In this document: one piece after another, positions 1 through 15,083 of the stretch
Position numbering within the stretch: the first letter of the stretch is position 1
How the letters are laid out: every line of letters begins with the position of its first letter
DNA from: the human T2T-CHM13v2.0 reference genome, Homo sapiens
Assembly: GCF_009914755.1 (NCBI RefSeq)
Contig: NC_060926.1
Length of the DNA: 64,000 nucleotides
Strand: one strand, 5' to 3'
Made by a program: the position numbers and the translations under genes
Notes under the pieces: model-generated
What the model saw: only the letters and a program-made list of their open reading frames with translations
What the model was told of the DNA's origin: nothing
Databases searched by the model: none

Positions 1-2488
1 CCTCTCCATCCTGAAGCTCACCAGCCATTTATCAGCTAGCAGTCCATTTCTCTTCAGACCTTTCTCTGTTTTATGTATTCCGATATTTACTGATTTCTGT
101 GACTTAGAAAAAGATGCTGACTAAAAGCACTGAAGGCTTAGAGGAAACAGCAATATGGGAAGAGATGTGGTCTAAGACTCTCTGTATTATCTCCAGGATT
201 CTAATTGCTGACTCTCAAATGGCTGTTGATGGCTTATATTTGAGATCATATTTGGGGTTGGGGGGGACACAAAGCATGGTTTTAACCACTAGAATCAAAT
301 CACCGAGAGAAGATGAATTCATTGGTGAGGATGCCTGATGATTGATGATTGTGGGAGAGCAGATGACTTATGACTGTGTCTCAGTCCCATTCACAGCACA
401 TAGTTCTTTCCTCTGCCTTATGATCTGGCTAGATGATATCAAGCACTGCTTAGTTCAACAGGGATGAGCTGGAGTGGGCAAAACAGCAACATGATCACTT
501 CTCTATTTATGACACTTCAAGCTCCCTATTAATTAGGCATATCAGGTATGGAAGAGCTATGACCTGCCATCTTAGTGTACAGTACAAGTAGTGGAATGAA
601 TGTGACTTCAGCTGATGCAACACAGTGAAAACACACAATGGAACCTTGTGTAGAGCTGCCTTTGTGCAAGTTAAATTAATGTAAGATGTGACAGTACCAA
701 AATCAGTGAGGTAGAGCCCAACAGCAGACCAGAAGGAGTGGGGTCAAGAGCACAGATAAAAGCTTCAGGTTGAGGGGAAAAGATACAAGAGAAAAGGAAA
801 GAAAGTCTAGAGCAAAATAAGAGGATTTGTGTCTGATTCCCTCTTCTCTTGGTGACAAAGGAGCAGGATCATGTACCGAGAGTGAACAGGCCTAGCATAT
901 CTGGGGGCTTGAGATAAGTGGCAAAAGCTTAGACATATGCTAGGAGAGAGAACAGGCCAGAAATAAGGGGAAGCACCACTGAAGTTATATTGACAGCCAA
1001 GTGGGGTTAGAAAACCTAAGTTTAATGGAGCCAGTTAGAAAGATTCTGTAACTTTGTGGAGCCCCTGAGTTTAGCAGCTTAGGACCTGAAGGATAGAAAT
1101 TAGACTGCTAAATTAACTGGGGTTTGGAGACACGGATACAAAATGTAAAGGATGCAATATAAGTTAAGAGAATTAGGGGAGCTGGTTGAAATGAGTGTGG
1201 GGTTCATGTTGGATTTGTAGGGGCGTAGGATTGGAAGACACAATAAGATTTAGTAAGACAATGAACTCTTTCAAAGTTTTCTTTTGAACTTACGCAAAAT
1301 TGCTGCAATGTTGAAGCATTTAAATTCGTTTATTTAGTAAATATTTATTGCACTCCTCCTGTGTACCAAGCACTATGATAAATACTGGAAATACAGTGGA
1401 AAAGAAGTCAGATAGTCCCTTCTCTCACCTCGCTTTCTGTATGATTAGTGTTACAAATGGTATGTGTGTTTGGAGGAGAAGAGAAGTAGAGTAGAAGGTG
1501 CTATAGATGGACCCTCTAAACCAGACTTGGGTGTATGAGGAGGCTTCCAGTGGGGAGAGATGATGATTCCCAAATATTGTGTAGGTGATATCTGGGTGAA
1601 ACAAGTGTGGAGAGTAGTGATTCAGGCAGGCATAGAGAATATTGTTTGCGACGAGTTGAGAGAGCACTTGTGGATGTGAAAGGGAATCATTTTGACTGTA
1701 AGCATAGGTGCTTTTGAGAGGTAAAATCTAAATTACAAAGAGTTTTGTAAGCCATGCTGAGGGTTTTAGACTTTTTTAGAGAGCAATGGGAAGGCATTTT
1801 AGGGCTTTAGATAGTAGAGTGACATCAGATTTGCATTAGAAAAGTCAACCTGGCTGCACTCTGGAGAAAAATCCACTAGAGTGGAGAAACCTGCCAGGCA
1901 TCTGTTGAAAGACTCCAGATAAAACATGATAGTTGGCTCAAGTAGGGGAGTTGTGGTCGGGACAGAGAGATGTGGACAGTATCTGAAGAGAGTTGACAGA
2001 ATGCAGTAACATGAGGGACGGCCAAGAATATTGAGTGCCTAAGGTGTGCCAGATACTAAAGTAAGTTATAGGGATCCCACGTTGAACAAGACAAAGGGTC
2101 AGTGTCTGCCTACAGTCTGGTGGAAAACAACACTGATTATGTGATTACAGTTCAATAGGATGTTATCAGCAAGTTAGTCTATGGGAATCAGTAGACTCGT
2201 TTAGTTTGGGAAGTTCACAGGTTACATGGAAGAAATGATGTTTAAGCCGAGACCTGCCTGAAAAAGTGAGCTAAGTGAAGAGGGAATGGGGGAGGGCATT
2301 CTAAAGAGTGCAGCACATAGACCCTGAAATAAGAATAAGGAGGGTTGCACTCAGGAAACTAAAGGAAGTACAGTATGGTTGAAGCATAGAAAGCAGAAGA
2401 GCATGTGGTAAGAGCTGTTGCAGGAACAATAGGCAGGAATCAGATCATGGCTTCCTGAGTAGTGTTATGGATGTTGGGCTTTGTGGCC

Positions 2489-2589
2489 TCTATTTTGGTT
2501 ATTACCTCAGTTTAGAGCAGAGGTCAGCAAACCTTTTCTATTTTGGTTATTGCCTCAGTTTAGAGCAGCAGTCAGCAAACCTTTTCTAT
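2489..2589. repeat. 48-bp tandem duplication (2 copies) covering the left end of a MER58 element
   Basis: TCTAT recurs at 2489, 2537 and 2585; the two units differ by about 3 nt. Confidence 0.9.
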
Positions 2590-2654
2590 AAAGGGCCAGA
2601 TGGTTTCTGTCACAACTATTAATCTCTGCCAGTATAATACAGAAGCATCCTAGA

Positions 2655-2691
<37 letters not shown>

Positions 2692-2775
2692 GCATATGGA
2701 TGTGTATGTGTGTGTGTGAATGGGCATGGCTGTGTTCCAGTAAGACTTAATTTACAAAAGCAGGCCGTAGGCCAA
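2566..2775 (+). mobile_element. MER58A-like hAT-Charlie MITE with internal (CA)n/(TG)n
   Basis: 'cagcagtcagcaaaccttttctataaagggccagatgg' and 'tgaatgggcatggctgtgttccagtaagact...atttacaaaagcagg' match MER58A as recalled. Confidence 0.8.
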
Positions 2776-3614
2776 GAGAATGAGAGGAGGGGAACAGGAA
2801 CATTTGGGAAAACCATTCAGGAGGGTAACTCAGTAGCCAGAGGAGAGATGAGGATGGTGTATGATGTATACTAGGGCAGTGACAGAAACCACTTATGTTC
2901 TGGCCTGATGGTTGGTTGTGTTATTTCATGAGCTAGAATCAACTTTATCCAGGTATAAAGTTGAATGTGATATGTACAGATTTTGACCAGTTGAAAGTGA
3001 GGCTTTTGTGAGTCATCCAAATGGGGATGTGATAATTGATGGGTTTGAAGGGTAGATGCTCAGGGGAGTCATCACCAACAAACTGTAACTGAAGCCGTGG
3101 GAATGGATCTCATCCAGAGAGAAAAGGGCCTGTGGTAATACCCTTAAATACTATCTTCATTTAGAGGACAAGCAGAAGATGGTTAGCCTGAGAACAAGAT
3201 TTATGAGAGACGCAGATAGGAAGGGGAAAATTTGGAATGTGAAATCCTAGAAGGAATTATGTTTTTTTTTTAAAAAAAGGAACCAGTCAACAAGTGTCAA
3301 GTTCTGTGGAGAGGTTAAGAGCCAAAATGTATTCATTGGATTTTGTGACAAAGGAGGCAGTTGATATCCTTGATGAGGATAGTTTTGGTGACGTGGTTGG
3401 GGTAGCAGCCAGAACATGGCTTTTGGAGGTTACAAAGTAGAAAATTTGGCAATAAAGTGGAGGAGCAGAACACACATTTCCTTACTCTCCCTGGCATGGT
3501 CAGGACTTCTGCAGGACACCTGGACGTGTTTGCACCAGAACCTACTTCTAATTAGATGTTGTGTTTAGTCCGATGGTATTGTTTACCATTTGAGTTACTT
3601 CTCCTTACATGAGT

Positions 3615-4150
3615 ATATCAATTAGGAATGTGTCCTGTTTCAAGCCACAGAAAACCTGACTAAGAAATGGCCTAAAGAAGTAAGGAGTTTATTGGTTTCA
3701 GGCAAAAGAAAGGCTGAGGCAGACATACGAGGAAGGGGCTGCGGCTCAAGGGAATCAATATGGATCTCAGCTTCTCTTGTTTTCCTTTTCCATACCATTA
3801 GATTATAGGTTTTATCCTCATGGCTGCAAGATGACTGCTAATATCCAGGCTGCTATGAGGATGAAAGCGAGATAGTAGCTCACCTCATTTTCCAGGCAGG
3901 ATAAAAGCAAATGGGCCAAAAGCCTTTTCCTAAGCCTTTATCCTGTGCTCAACAAGAGAAGCCCTTTCCTGGTGCACTTGTACATACACCTCTTTAGTCA
4001 GTAATGGTAGGTGGCCGCTACAAAATGCGAGGAAATCTGGAGGGGCCGGGGGGGGCGGTAATTTTAGCTTGCGAGCTGCTGTGCTAGAGGAATCCAAAGG
4101 CAAAAAGGATTGTGAGTGGCTTTTTGGTGGCTAATTCAATATCTGCCACA
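3615..4150 (-). mobile_element. Old MaLR solo LTR (MLT1J/K/L-like)
   Basis: 'attaggaatgtgtcctg...cagaaaacctgactaa...tggcctaaa', 'cctcatggctgcaagatgactgc', ending 'tctgccaca'. Confidence 0.6.
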
Positions 4151-4251
4151 CTTTGGTTTCTTATCTGTGCAATGGAAACAATAGCTAATGTGGTGATTAA
4201 ATGAACATAGACACTGTTGCTTCCAGTAATGGCAGAGTAAGTGATTCAGAC

Positions 4252-4752
4252 TGTATTAGTTGTCTATTGCTGTGTTTCAGATTACTGTAAAACATAATGC
4301 CATGAAACAGTACACATTACATCACAGTTTCTGTGGATCAGGAATCCAGGAGCAGCTTAGCTGGGTGATTCTGGCCCAGAGTCTTTTACAAGACTAAATT
4401 AAGGCGTTAGCCACGGCAGCAGTCATCAGAGGCTTGATCGGGGTTGGAGAATCTGTTTCTAAACTCACTCATATGGCTGTTGGCCAGAGACTTCAGTTTC
4501 TCGCCATGTGGGCCTCTCCACAGTGCTGCTAACAACAGCAGCTGATTTTCCACAGAAGAAGTGACCCAAGAGAGGGAGACACAGAACACATAAGAAAGCA
4601 TGCCTACAATGAAAGCCTCGGTGTCTTTTATCACCTAATCTTAGAAGTGGCATATTATTTCTGCCAAACATGCCAACCCAGAGACCATGTAGGAGGTTAC
4701 ACAAGAGTCTAAATACTGGGGGGAGGAGGGATCATTAGGGGCCCATCTTACT
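4252..4752 (-). mobile_element. MaLR solo LTR (MLT1E/F-like)
   Basis: Starts 'tgtattagttgtctattgctg'; 'tcacagtttctgtggatcaggaatccagg...gcttagctggg'; 'ggatcattaggggcccatctt'. Confidence 0.75.
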
Positions 4753-4769
4753 GAAGAAAAAATGCCAAA

Positions 4770-6900
4770 TGAGTGGGCAAAAGTTGAAGAACCAGGTTTG
4801 CATTGTTTCGTGGTACATCCCTCCAGGTACATATGAATTACAAAGGGAAAGATTGTAGCTTTACAGAAGAGAAACCTGATAGATAAGTGATTAAAGTTCA
4901 TTATTACCAGTAAAGACTTAATAAACCCCTAAATATGATTCACTGAGAAGTTATATAGTATCATTACTGCAATATAACTGCAAATGTTGCATAACTTCAT
5001 TATAATCATGTAAAAACATAGGAAAAAGTCAACTGAAGGACATTCTACAAAATAACTTACCAGTACTCTTTGAAAGTGTCAAAGTGAAAGAAGAGGAAAA
5101 ATCAAAGAATTGTTACAGACTGTAGGGGACTGAGGAGATATAACTAAATGCAATGTGAAATCTTGGACAAAATCCTGACACCAAAAATAGATCATAGTGA
5201 GAAAACGCAAAATCCAAATAAAGTCTGTTGTTTAGTTAATAGTATTTAGCTAATTTCTGATTTTGATGATTGTGCTATGTTTCTGTGAATTGTTATATTA
5301 GGGGAAGCAGAGTCAAGGATATACAGGCACTCTGTGCATTATTCATGCAACTCTTCTGTATATCTAAAATTTATTTAAAAATGGGAAGTTTTTTTAGAAA
5401 AGACCAATAACCTAAGAAAGCTTTCCTCAAATAAAAAGACCTGAGTTCATATTGAAAGAGCCCACAGAGTACCAGGAAAATTGATCATCAATAGTAAACT
5501 TCAAGACATACCCTAGAAAAACTATTTAACTATAAAGACAAGTTCCCAAGACTTACAGAGAGAATTAGACTGGGTATTAGACTTTTCACAAGCAAGAGCA
5601 AGGCAAAATTGAGCAGAATTTTCAAGAACACCTCAAGGAAAGAAAGTGTAAGCCAATGATTTTATGTAAGGTCATGCTGTCCTTCAAGTATCAGATCATA
5701 GAAAAATAGTTTAAAGTATGCCTATGTCAGTCTTTCCAGTGAAAATCTACTAAAAGATTGGCTTCATTTAACCACAAGTAGACTGGAGGAAACTTCAACT
5801 AGACTGTTGAAGTGGAGGTATTAATTGTACTCCAGCTCTAAAACAAAATCAAATCTTGGTCACAGACTGCTATTACTCTCCAGTGCCTGGAAAAAAATAT
5901 CCTCTCTGGAGACTGATGACATCATCCTAATTCTCAAACTATTTCTGAAAGTGTTTCAGGTAAACAAACATGATGAGACAATACACAAAAGCCAGAATCA
6001 ATAGAAAAATAATAAAAACAGATCACAGGGACTCCAGTTGTTATAATTACTTGACTCATGTAACTTTTTATTTGAAAAAATTTTAGAGATTCTAGTCCTG
6101 AAAAGATAACCAAAAATAACTAAATGGAGCTGTTTATCAGATGAAATACAGCTAAAGAAAGACTTGGTAAACTGGGTTATAAATTAGAAGGAGGCATATA
6201 GAATAGAGCACAGAGACTAAAAGATGAAAAAGGAGTAAGAGGTAAAAGACATAAAGCACCCTGTGAAAACACCAAACACACTTGTAATTGGAGCCTCAGG
6301 AAGGGAGAGGAGAGAGAATATGGCAGAGACAATATTAGAAGAGATAATGGCTGAGAATTTTTCAGAAGTGATGAATGACATTGAACCATAAATTCAGGAA
6401 GTTCAAAAGATCACAAATAGGATAAATGGAAAATAATCCATACCTAGAGAAATAATAGTGAAACTGCAATGAATAAAAAGTATCTTAAAAACTGCTCAGT
6501 GGAAAAAGGATGGATTACCTCAAAAGGCCTCTGTCTTCTTAACAGTAACATTGGAAACAGAGCAATAGAAAAATATCCTCAAAATGTGGAAAGAAAATAA
6601 CTCTTAACTGAAGATCCTCTACACAACAAATACTCTTCAAAAATGATAGCAAAATAAAGACATTAAAATAAAGATGGAGAGAATGTAACAGCAGCATAAC
6701 CACACTAAGGAAGGAAAACACAAAAAGAGTTTTTGGGCAGAAGGAAAATAAGCCCTGCTGGAAGATTAAATTTTGGCAAGAAAATAAAAATTGTGAATAT
6801 ATGTATAGTATAACTAAATGAACACTTTCTGCATAAAATGATTATGATACTGCATTATATGGGATTTCAGTATGTATGTATGTTGGTGTTTAACAGAAAT
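4770..6900 (+). mobile_element. Old L1M fragments (L1MC/ME-type 3' end followed by ORF1-region pieces)
   Basis: A-rich L1 text: 'gaaggacattctacaaaataac', 'aactaaatgcaatgtg', 'gaagagataatggctgagaatttt'. Confidence 0.65.
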
Positions 6901-6999
6901 GTAATAAGACGGGGATAGATGTTCCAAAGTCCTTGCATTATCTCAGAAAATGGTGAAGGTTAATATTATACTTAGGACATAGTTTTAAGTCCTTGTTGC

Positions 7000-8560
7000 C
7001 TTAGATTAGGCAATCATTTCTTAGATATAACATCTAAAGCAGGGAGTCCCTAACCTCTGGGCCACGGACCCATACCAGTCCAAGGCCTGTTAGGAACCAG
7101 GCTGCACAGCAGGAGGTGAGTGGCTGTGAACAAAACTTCATCTGTATTTACAGCCACTCCCCATGGCACCCATTACTGCCTGATCGCCGCTTCCTGTCAG
7201 ATCAGTGGTGGCAGCAGATTCTCATAGGAGTGTGAACCCTATTGTGAACTAGCATGTGAGGGATTTAGGTTGCTTGCTGCTTATGAGAATCTAATGCCTG
7301 ATGATCTGTCACTGTTTCCCATCACCCCCAGATGGGGCTATCTAGTTGCAGGAAAACAAGCTCAGGGCTTCCACTGATTCCACATTATGGTGAGTTGAAT
7401 AATTATTTCATGATATATTAGAATGTAATAATAGAAATAAAGTACACAATAAATGTAATTGCTTGCATTATCCAGAAACCATGCCCTCGCTCCAACCCCC
7501 CAGTCTGAAAAAACTGTTTACCACAAAACCAGGCTCTGGCACCAAAAAGTTTGGGAACCACTAATCTACAAAACACAAGCAATTCCCCACCCTTCAAAAG
7601 GAAAAATTTGACTTCACCAAAATTTGAAACTTTTGTGCTTCAAAGGACACTATCAAGAAAATGAAAAAACAACCCACAGAATGGGAGAAAATATTTTCAA
7701 ATCATATATTTGCTAAGCCTTAATGTCCAAAATAAAGAACTCCTATCAACAATAAAAGGACAACCCACTTAAACAATAGGCCAAGGACTTGAATGCTTTG
7801 ATCTAAGGAAGATATACAGAAGGCAAATAAGCACATGAAAAGATTTCAACATCATTCATCATGACGGAAATGGAAATCAAAACCATCATGGAATACCACT
7901 TCACACCCACTAGGATGGCTTTAATGAAAAACATGAACAGTAAGTGTTGAGGAGGATGTAGAGAAATTAGACTCTCCTACATTGCTGGTAGGTATGTGAA
8001 AGGATGCTGTGTTCCCTCAAAAAGTTAAACAAAATTGCCACATGACCCAGCAATTCCACTCTTGGCTCTTTACCCAAGAGAATGAAAAAATATGTTCACA
8101 CAAAACTTGCACACAAATGATTACACAGCATTATTCATAATAGTGAAAAATGTCTGCCAACCAATGAATAAGCAAAGGGTGGTATATCTGCATGGTGGAA
8201 TATTATTCAACCATAAAAGGAATGAAGTACTGATACATGTTACAACATGGACGGACCTTAAAAACATGCTGAGTGAAAGAAGCCAGACACAAAGGCTACA
8301 AAAAAGGCCATTTATATGACATATCCAGGATAGGCATCTTTATACAGACAGAAAGTAGATTCGTGGTTGCCGGGGGCTGGGGGAAGGGAAATACAGAATA
8401 ACTGCTAATAGGGATGGAGTTTCTTTGTGGTGAGTTGAAAACATTCTGGAATTAAAAAGTGATCATGGTTGCACAACGTTGTGAATGTGATAAACACCAG
8501 TCAGTTATGCACTTTAAAGAATACATTTTGTAGTATGTAATTGTACCTCAAAAAATAAAG
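7000..8560 (+). mobile_element. L1MB-type ORF2 end plus 3' UTR, interrupted by MER1A
   Basis: 'aacccacagaatgggagaaaatattt', 'gacccagcaattccact', 'gaaagaagccagacacaaaggc', 'atggttgcacaac'. Confidence 0.8.
7040..7563 (+). mobile_element. MER1A hAT-Charlie DNA transposon (MITE)
   Basis: MER1A body ('cctgttaggaaccaggctgcacagcaggaggtgag', 'gattctcataggag', 'ctagttgcaggaaaacaagctcaggg'); degenerate 8-bp TSD atctaaag (7032-7039) / atctacaa (7564-7571). Confidence 0.88.
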
Positions 8561-10049
8561 TGACAATCATATACACTCAAAGTAGCAATGCATATTACAG
8601 TTATTTAGCCTACATTTTGACAAATTCTGTGACAAGGTGGGAAAAATATATAGTCATTAGAGATGGGTATAGGTCTGGGTTCAAATCCAGTCCACCCCTT
8701 AATGGCTGTGTGTTCCTGGGAAAATCTCACTGAAATCAGTTTTCTCCTCTGCATAATGGAGATAATAGTTCACTTGAAGTTTGTGGTGAGGATAGCTGTA
8801 ATGTGTAAAAAGATACTTGTAAAGATCCAGAACAGCTGGATCCTTTGAAATGACAAACCCAAACCAAAAAATATTTCAAAAAGACTGATATAATAGCTGA
8901 CAATCTCTACAATAAGCTCATAAAATATTGAATTTATTTGTAAATATATGGTATTTGCAGAAAGAAAAGAAGTAGTGGTCTGAACATGGGAGATCTGGAG
9001 ATCCTTCAAAAGAAAACTGAAGAGGTTGACTTAGACTTAAGTTCTTCAGGAAGAGAGACTGCGCTACTCACCTTCTTAGCCCCATTGCATTTTACTTCAC
9101 CTGATATATGGACATGTTTCATACATGTTAATGAAAGAAGAAGAGTAATATTATACCTTGGAAAGTTGATTTCTAGGGTAGGTTTTTTGAAAATTTTTCA
9201 GATAGAGTATAAAGAGGGTAAAACTTCCAAACTAATGTGGGAGTGGATAATGCAATAATAAAAAGCAATCTAAAATAATAAGTGAAAAAGAAATGTAGCC
9301 AGTGAAGAGAAATAAAAGTACAATAAGAGGGTGGTATTTAAGTTCATACAGTAATTACATTAAATTGCATATGATCTGAATTCCTAGTTAAAAGACAAAG
9401 ATTGTCAGACTAAATAGAAAACCAACACAGGCTGTTTACAAGAGACACATATAAAACAATTACTGTTATATTTTAAATTACTTTGATAAAAATTAGCTAC
9501 CAAAAAACTAGCTATAGGTCATATATCGAATGGTGAAAGATTGAAAACTTACCTTTGAGATTGGGAACAAGGTAAGATGTCCTATTTAGTTCAATAAGAC
9601 AAACAAAGGAATAAAAAGTATAATGATGGAATAAATAAAACTCATTTTTCAGTGATGATATGATTGTGTACACCTGATATATGTACACAGAAAATTCAGA
9701 TCTACAGATGTACTATTCCAATTAACATCAATGGGTTACTGGAAATAATTTCTAATAATTTGATAAGTAATTTCTATCAAAAATAAAAAAATTTAAAAGT
9801 TACTATCTAAAAGCATACAAGTATCAAATTTCTGAGCAATAAAAGATTTGTAAGACTTCTTTAGATAAAACAATAAGATATCAATAAGAATCAAAGAGAA
9901 CCTAATTAAACATGTACATGATAAAAATTGGTAGACTCATTGTAAAGATAGTCTTCCTTAAATGTATCTATAATCAGTGCCAATGCAGTAAAAATTCAAA
10001 GATACAAAATTCAAGGATGAATCTAAATTTTATATAGAAATGTAGCATC

Positions 10050-10636
<587 letters not shown>

Positions 10637-10655
10637 GTGGAAAAACTACCTATCA

Positions 10656-10840
10656 GGCTGGGCATAGTGGCATGCGTCTGTAGTCCCAACTACTCGGGAG
10701 GCTGAGGTCGGAAGATCACTTCAGCCTAGGAGTTTGAGGCTGCAGTGACCCATGATCATGCCACTGCACCACTCCAGCCTAGGCAACAGTAAGACCCTGT
10801 CTAAAACAAAACAAAATAAAACCAAACAACAACAACAACA
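10656..10840 (+). mobile_element. Alu monomer (FRAM/FAM-like) inserted in an L1PA15/16-like 3' end
   Basis: TSD aaaaactacctatca at 10641-10655 and 10841-10855; the host L1 3' UTR resumes to poly(A) at ~10989. Confidence 0.85.
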
Positions 10841-10961
10841 AAAAACTACCTATCAGGTACTATAATATGTTCACTACTTGGGTGAGGGGATTATTAGAAG
10901 CCTACCTCAGCATCATGCAATATACTCATGTAACAAACCTGCACATCTACCCCTGAATCTG

Positions 10962-10992
<31 letters not shown>

Positions 10993-11247
10993 GAAGAAGA
11001 TAATATGCAGTTTGTGCAAGGGTAGATAAGCAGACCAAAGGAAAAGAGTCAAGAGCCCAGAAAGAGAGCTGTGCATATATGAACACTGATTTATAACAAG
11101 GGAAGTACTGCACAGCAGTGGAAAGAGGATGAGCTTTTCAATACATGATACAATCTAAATTGGATCTCATCACACCATACAAAAATCTGTTCCAGTTAGA
11201 TGGTAGCCCTAAGTACAAAAAGCAAAACAATAAAGATATTGGAGGAT

Positions 11248-12741
11248 GTCATGGTCATTAATGTCGCCCACCAAATATTTCTAGTTCCTTTTCGGGTCCA
11301 TGTTAGGATTATAATTCCCTACCCCTTGAAATTGTGTATAGCCACATAACTTGCTTTGGCTAATGTCATGTGACTGGAAGTGATATGTGCTACCTGCGGA
11401 ATTTTTCAAAGCCAGTGAGTGATCATTCTGTTCTTTTTCCCACTGTAATGACAATTTGCGATGTTCCAGTTGTCAGCCTAGGTCTCAGTTTGAGAACAAG
11501 CCAATCTGGCTGGATGAGCAAAATAAACACGAGCAAAAGTAAACCCAGTGTTTTAACGTGATGAGATTCTTGGAGTTGTTGAAATGTAACTTGGATTATG
11601 CATATTGATAGAAATTGCTAGGAGGAACAGGATGCTTTTGTAGCAAAAAGTTATTAATATATGTATTAATGATTTAAAAGTTGATGGTAGGTGATAATGA
11701 AGGATGAAAGGGAGATCCATGTTATCCAGGAGCAAAGTATTTGTTGAGCTGTTGTGTGCAGTAAATTATAAGATAATAACACACCGAATGAATTTGTGAC
11801 TATAAGGGAAAGAACTGGAAAACAGAATGTGTTGCCTGGCAGTGTTTGCATTACACAGGGTATTACGTGGAAGAGATAAACTCATATATATGTAAATGGC
11901 CATTTGGTAGCAGAAATAAAAAATAATATAGTCTAGAAATTTGGGGGATTTAAGAGTTGGAAAACACAACTGCTCTTAACCATAACCACTAACAGATAAA
12001 CCTGAGAGAGCTTTGAGCAACAAAGATTAAACTCAGCCTTGTGGCAAAGATTAAATGAGATTATGGTCTTGACACCATAGTTAAAACCTCTGAAAAGCTT
12101 CTGTGAAAGTGTTTGTCTCAGAATCAAGGTCCAACTAAGGGTGCGTAGCAGTACATCCTTTCAATTAGACAAAATGGTTTAAGGAAAAGAGACTAAAAGT
12201 GTGACTGTCTCACTGAAGTCCTGATAAATTCAATTTATCTGAAAATAAGTTGAAAGAGAGTCATGGAAACTAGAAAGCAATGAATAGAGCAAATCTAAGG
12301 AGAATGTCTAGAAAGGAGCTGTTGATGTAGCTTTTGAAACATGGAACTGATTGGACTCCAATATATAAAAAGTGTATGTTTTTAGGAGGGTTGTGTTGTT
12401 AAACCATAAATCTAGATATTAAAAGTCTGTGACTCTTTGGGACTTGAAATGACTTTGTACTACCAGCCATATATGGGAAAGAAGCTGAGAGAACTGCACA
12501 ACTCTCAAGGAGGCATATTCTCAAATGCCCACTCCAGATGCGGACCAAGAGTATAATGGGAAGGGAATATATTCCCAGAGCCTGGAGCCACAAGCTACTA
12601 AGAACAATGGACAAAGGAGCTCTTCCCAAGGAGCAGAATCTGGACCTAATCGAGAAATATTACATACCCACCTCTAGAGGGACTTCAGAGTATCTTCCCA
12701 GCCACATTTCAAAATTGCTATGAATCAGTGACTGCTGTGTT
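11248..12741 (+). mobile_element. MaLR LTR (MLT1-type) plus MaLR internal sequence
   Basis: 'ccccttgaa...gccacataacttgctttggctaatg' LTR text, then MLT-int-like sequence. Confidence 0.55.
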
Positions 12742-12744
12742 TAA

Positions 12745-13103
<359 letters not shown>

Positions 13104-14658
13104 TAATCCCTTTTCCCTTATTATATATTCACATTTTGTTTTCTATGTAATTAAACTTTTTTACTAAAATAAATGTTTTTCTCTGCAACAAATTTTTAAT
13201 AAATATGATTTTTAAAATGTATATTAAATCACTTTGTATTTCTTCTCTTAAAGTGTTCTAAGGAAAACTAATCATTAAAATAAAAACTCCAGGGATTACA
13301 GGCTTTAGTTAGATATAAAGAAGCAAAGGTCAAAGTTAAGTAAAATATTTTGTCTCAAAGGAATATAACAACTGTAAGTAAAATATATATAAGCAAGTAC
13401 CAAAGGTTAATAAGAAAATTTAGATGAAATAAAATGAAAGGTTTTTGGCCTAAAATATTTGAGAATTCCTGTCTGAGGTCAAATATTTTCTTTTGATTTT
13501 ATTTCATTGTTAATATTGGCCCATATACTCTAGCTAGTTTCCTTTAAAAAATAGATTATAGTTCTTTTGCCAGCCATTTGCCGTTAAATTTTCTAAGTTA
13601 TCCAAACTAGTTATATTATATGGATACTTTAAGAGAATCATAATTATGTAAGTTTACCTCTAGGCTTCTCTTTTCTTATATGACATTTGGGTTTTTTAAG
13701 TTTATGAGTCTTTCAGTGACCTTTACAATACTTCAGATCAGTGCCCCTCACTTCAGTTTTTCCAAAGGAGAGATCTACGGTAGATGATTATGTAGAGATG
13801 ATCCCATCATCTTGGAGACCCAGATCTACACAGATTGGTTGCTTGCCTGGAATGGGTATTATAGTCAAGCAATTTCTCCTTAATGTTCTTAGTTATTTAA
13901 AGGAACAGTTGCTTCAAAGAAATTACTTTCTCTGTAATTTTCTATGATAACATATAATATATAATTATATGTATTATATATAATAATATATAATTATAAT
14001 ATATAACAGTGAGAGATCCCCAAAGTTCCTGACACACTGGAGAGTCTGGTTTAGAGACAGTTCAGGAACAACCTTCCTCCACTGACTTTCCCCACACCCA
14101 CTACTCTCTGTATGTGCTCCTAGACTGGGCTTTGAACTTGCCCTCTACTTACTGTTATCCTCCTTAAAAGCAAACTCTGTACTATAAATGGTAGCAAGAG
14201 GGAGATCTTTGTAGCGACTGAAAGAATCTTGTTTGACTGCAGTAATGAATGGTTACACAGAACCCCATGTGATAAAATGACATAGAACTGTTCACACTAC
14301 CCATATCAGTTTCCTAGTTTTTATATTGTACTATGATTATGTATGATGTAAACATTGGGTGAAGGATATTGGGACCTCTCTGTACTGTCTTTGTTTGCAA
14401 ACTTCTGCAAATCTATAATTATTTCAAAATAAAAAGCTAAAAAAGAAAAAAAAAGACAGGTAGTTCTGTCCATTCCATCTCTCTTTGTTTTTGACCTGCT
14501 CGTTGACAGCATATTTGAGGCCTTTCTCAATATCCTCTAATTGTGTTTAACCATCAGCCTTGAAGGTTTATTTTTCTTGGTTTCAGTTCTGCTTGTTTCT
14601 AGATTTCACTGGCTTACTTCCAATTCTAATACTACTCTGGCCCCCACCGCTATACTTA

Positions 14659-15083
<425 letters not shown>

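Larger units (their letters stand above)
540..3470 (+). mobile_element. Degraded L2 (LINE-2) fragments, several pieces
   Basis: Purine-rich, decayed L2-like text (e.g. 'atttagtaaatatttattg...tgtgtaccaagcact', 'gcaatgggaaggcatttt...tgacatcagatttgcatt', 'attggatttgtgacaaaggagg'). Boundaries approximate; the strand given is the strand on which these motifs were read, not a verified element orientation. Confidence 0.6.

Noticed and set aside
13945-14006. AT-rich quasi-palindrome
   Set aside because: Short low-complexity (TA/TAA) tract, common in primate DNA.
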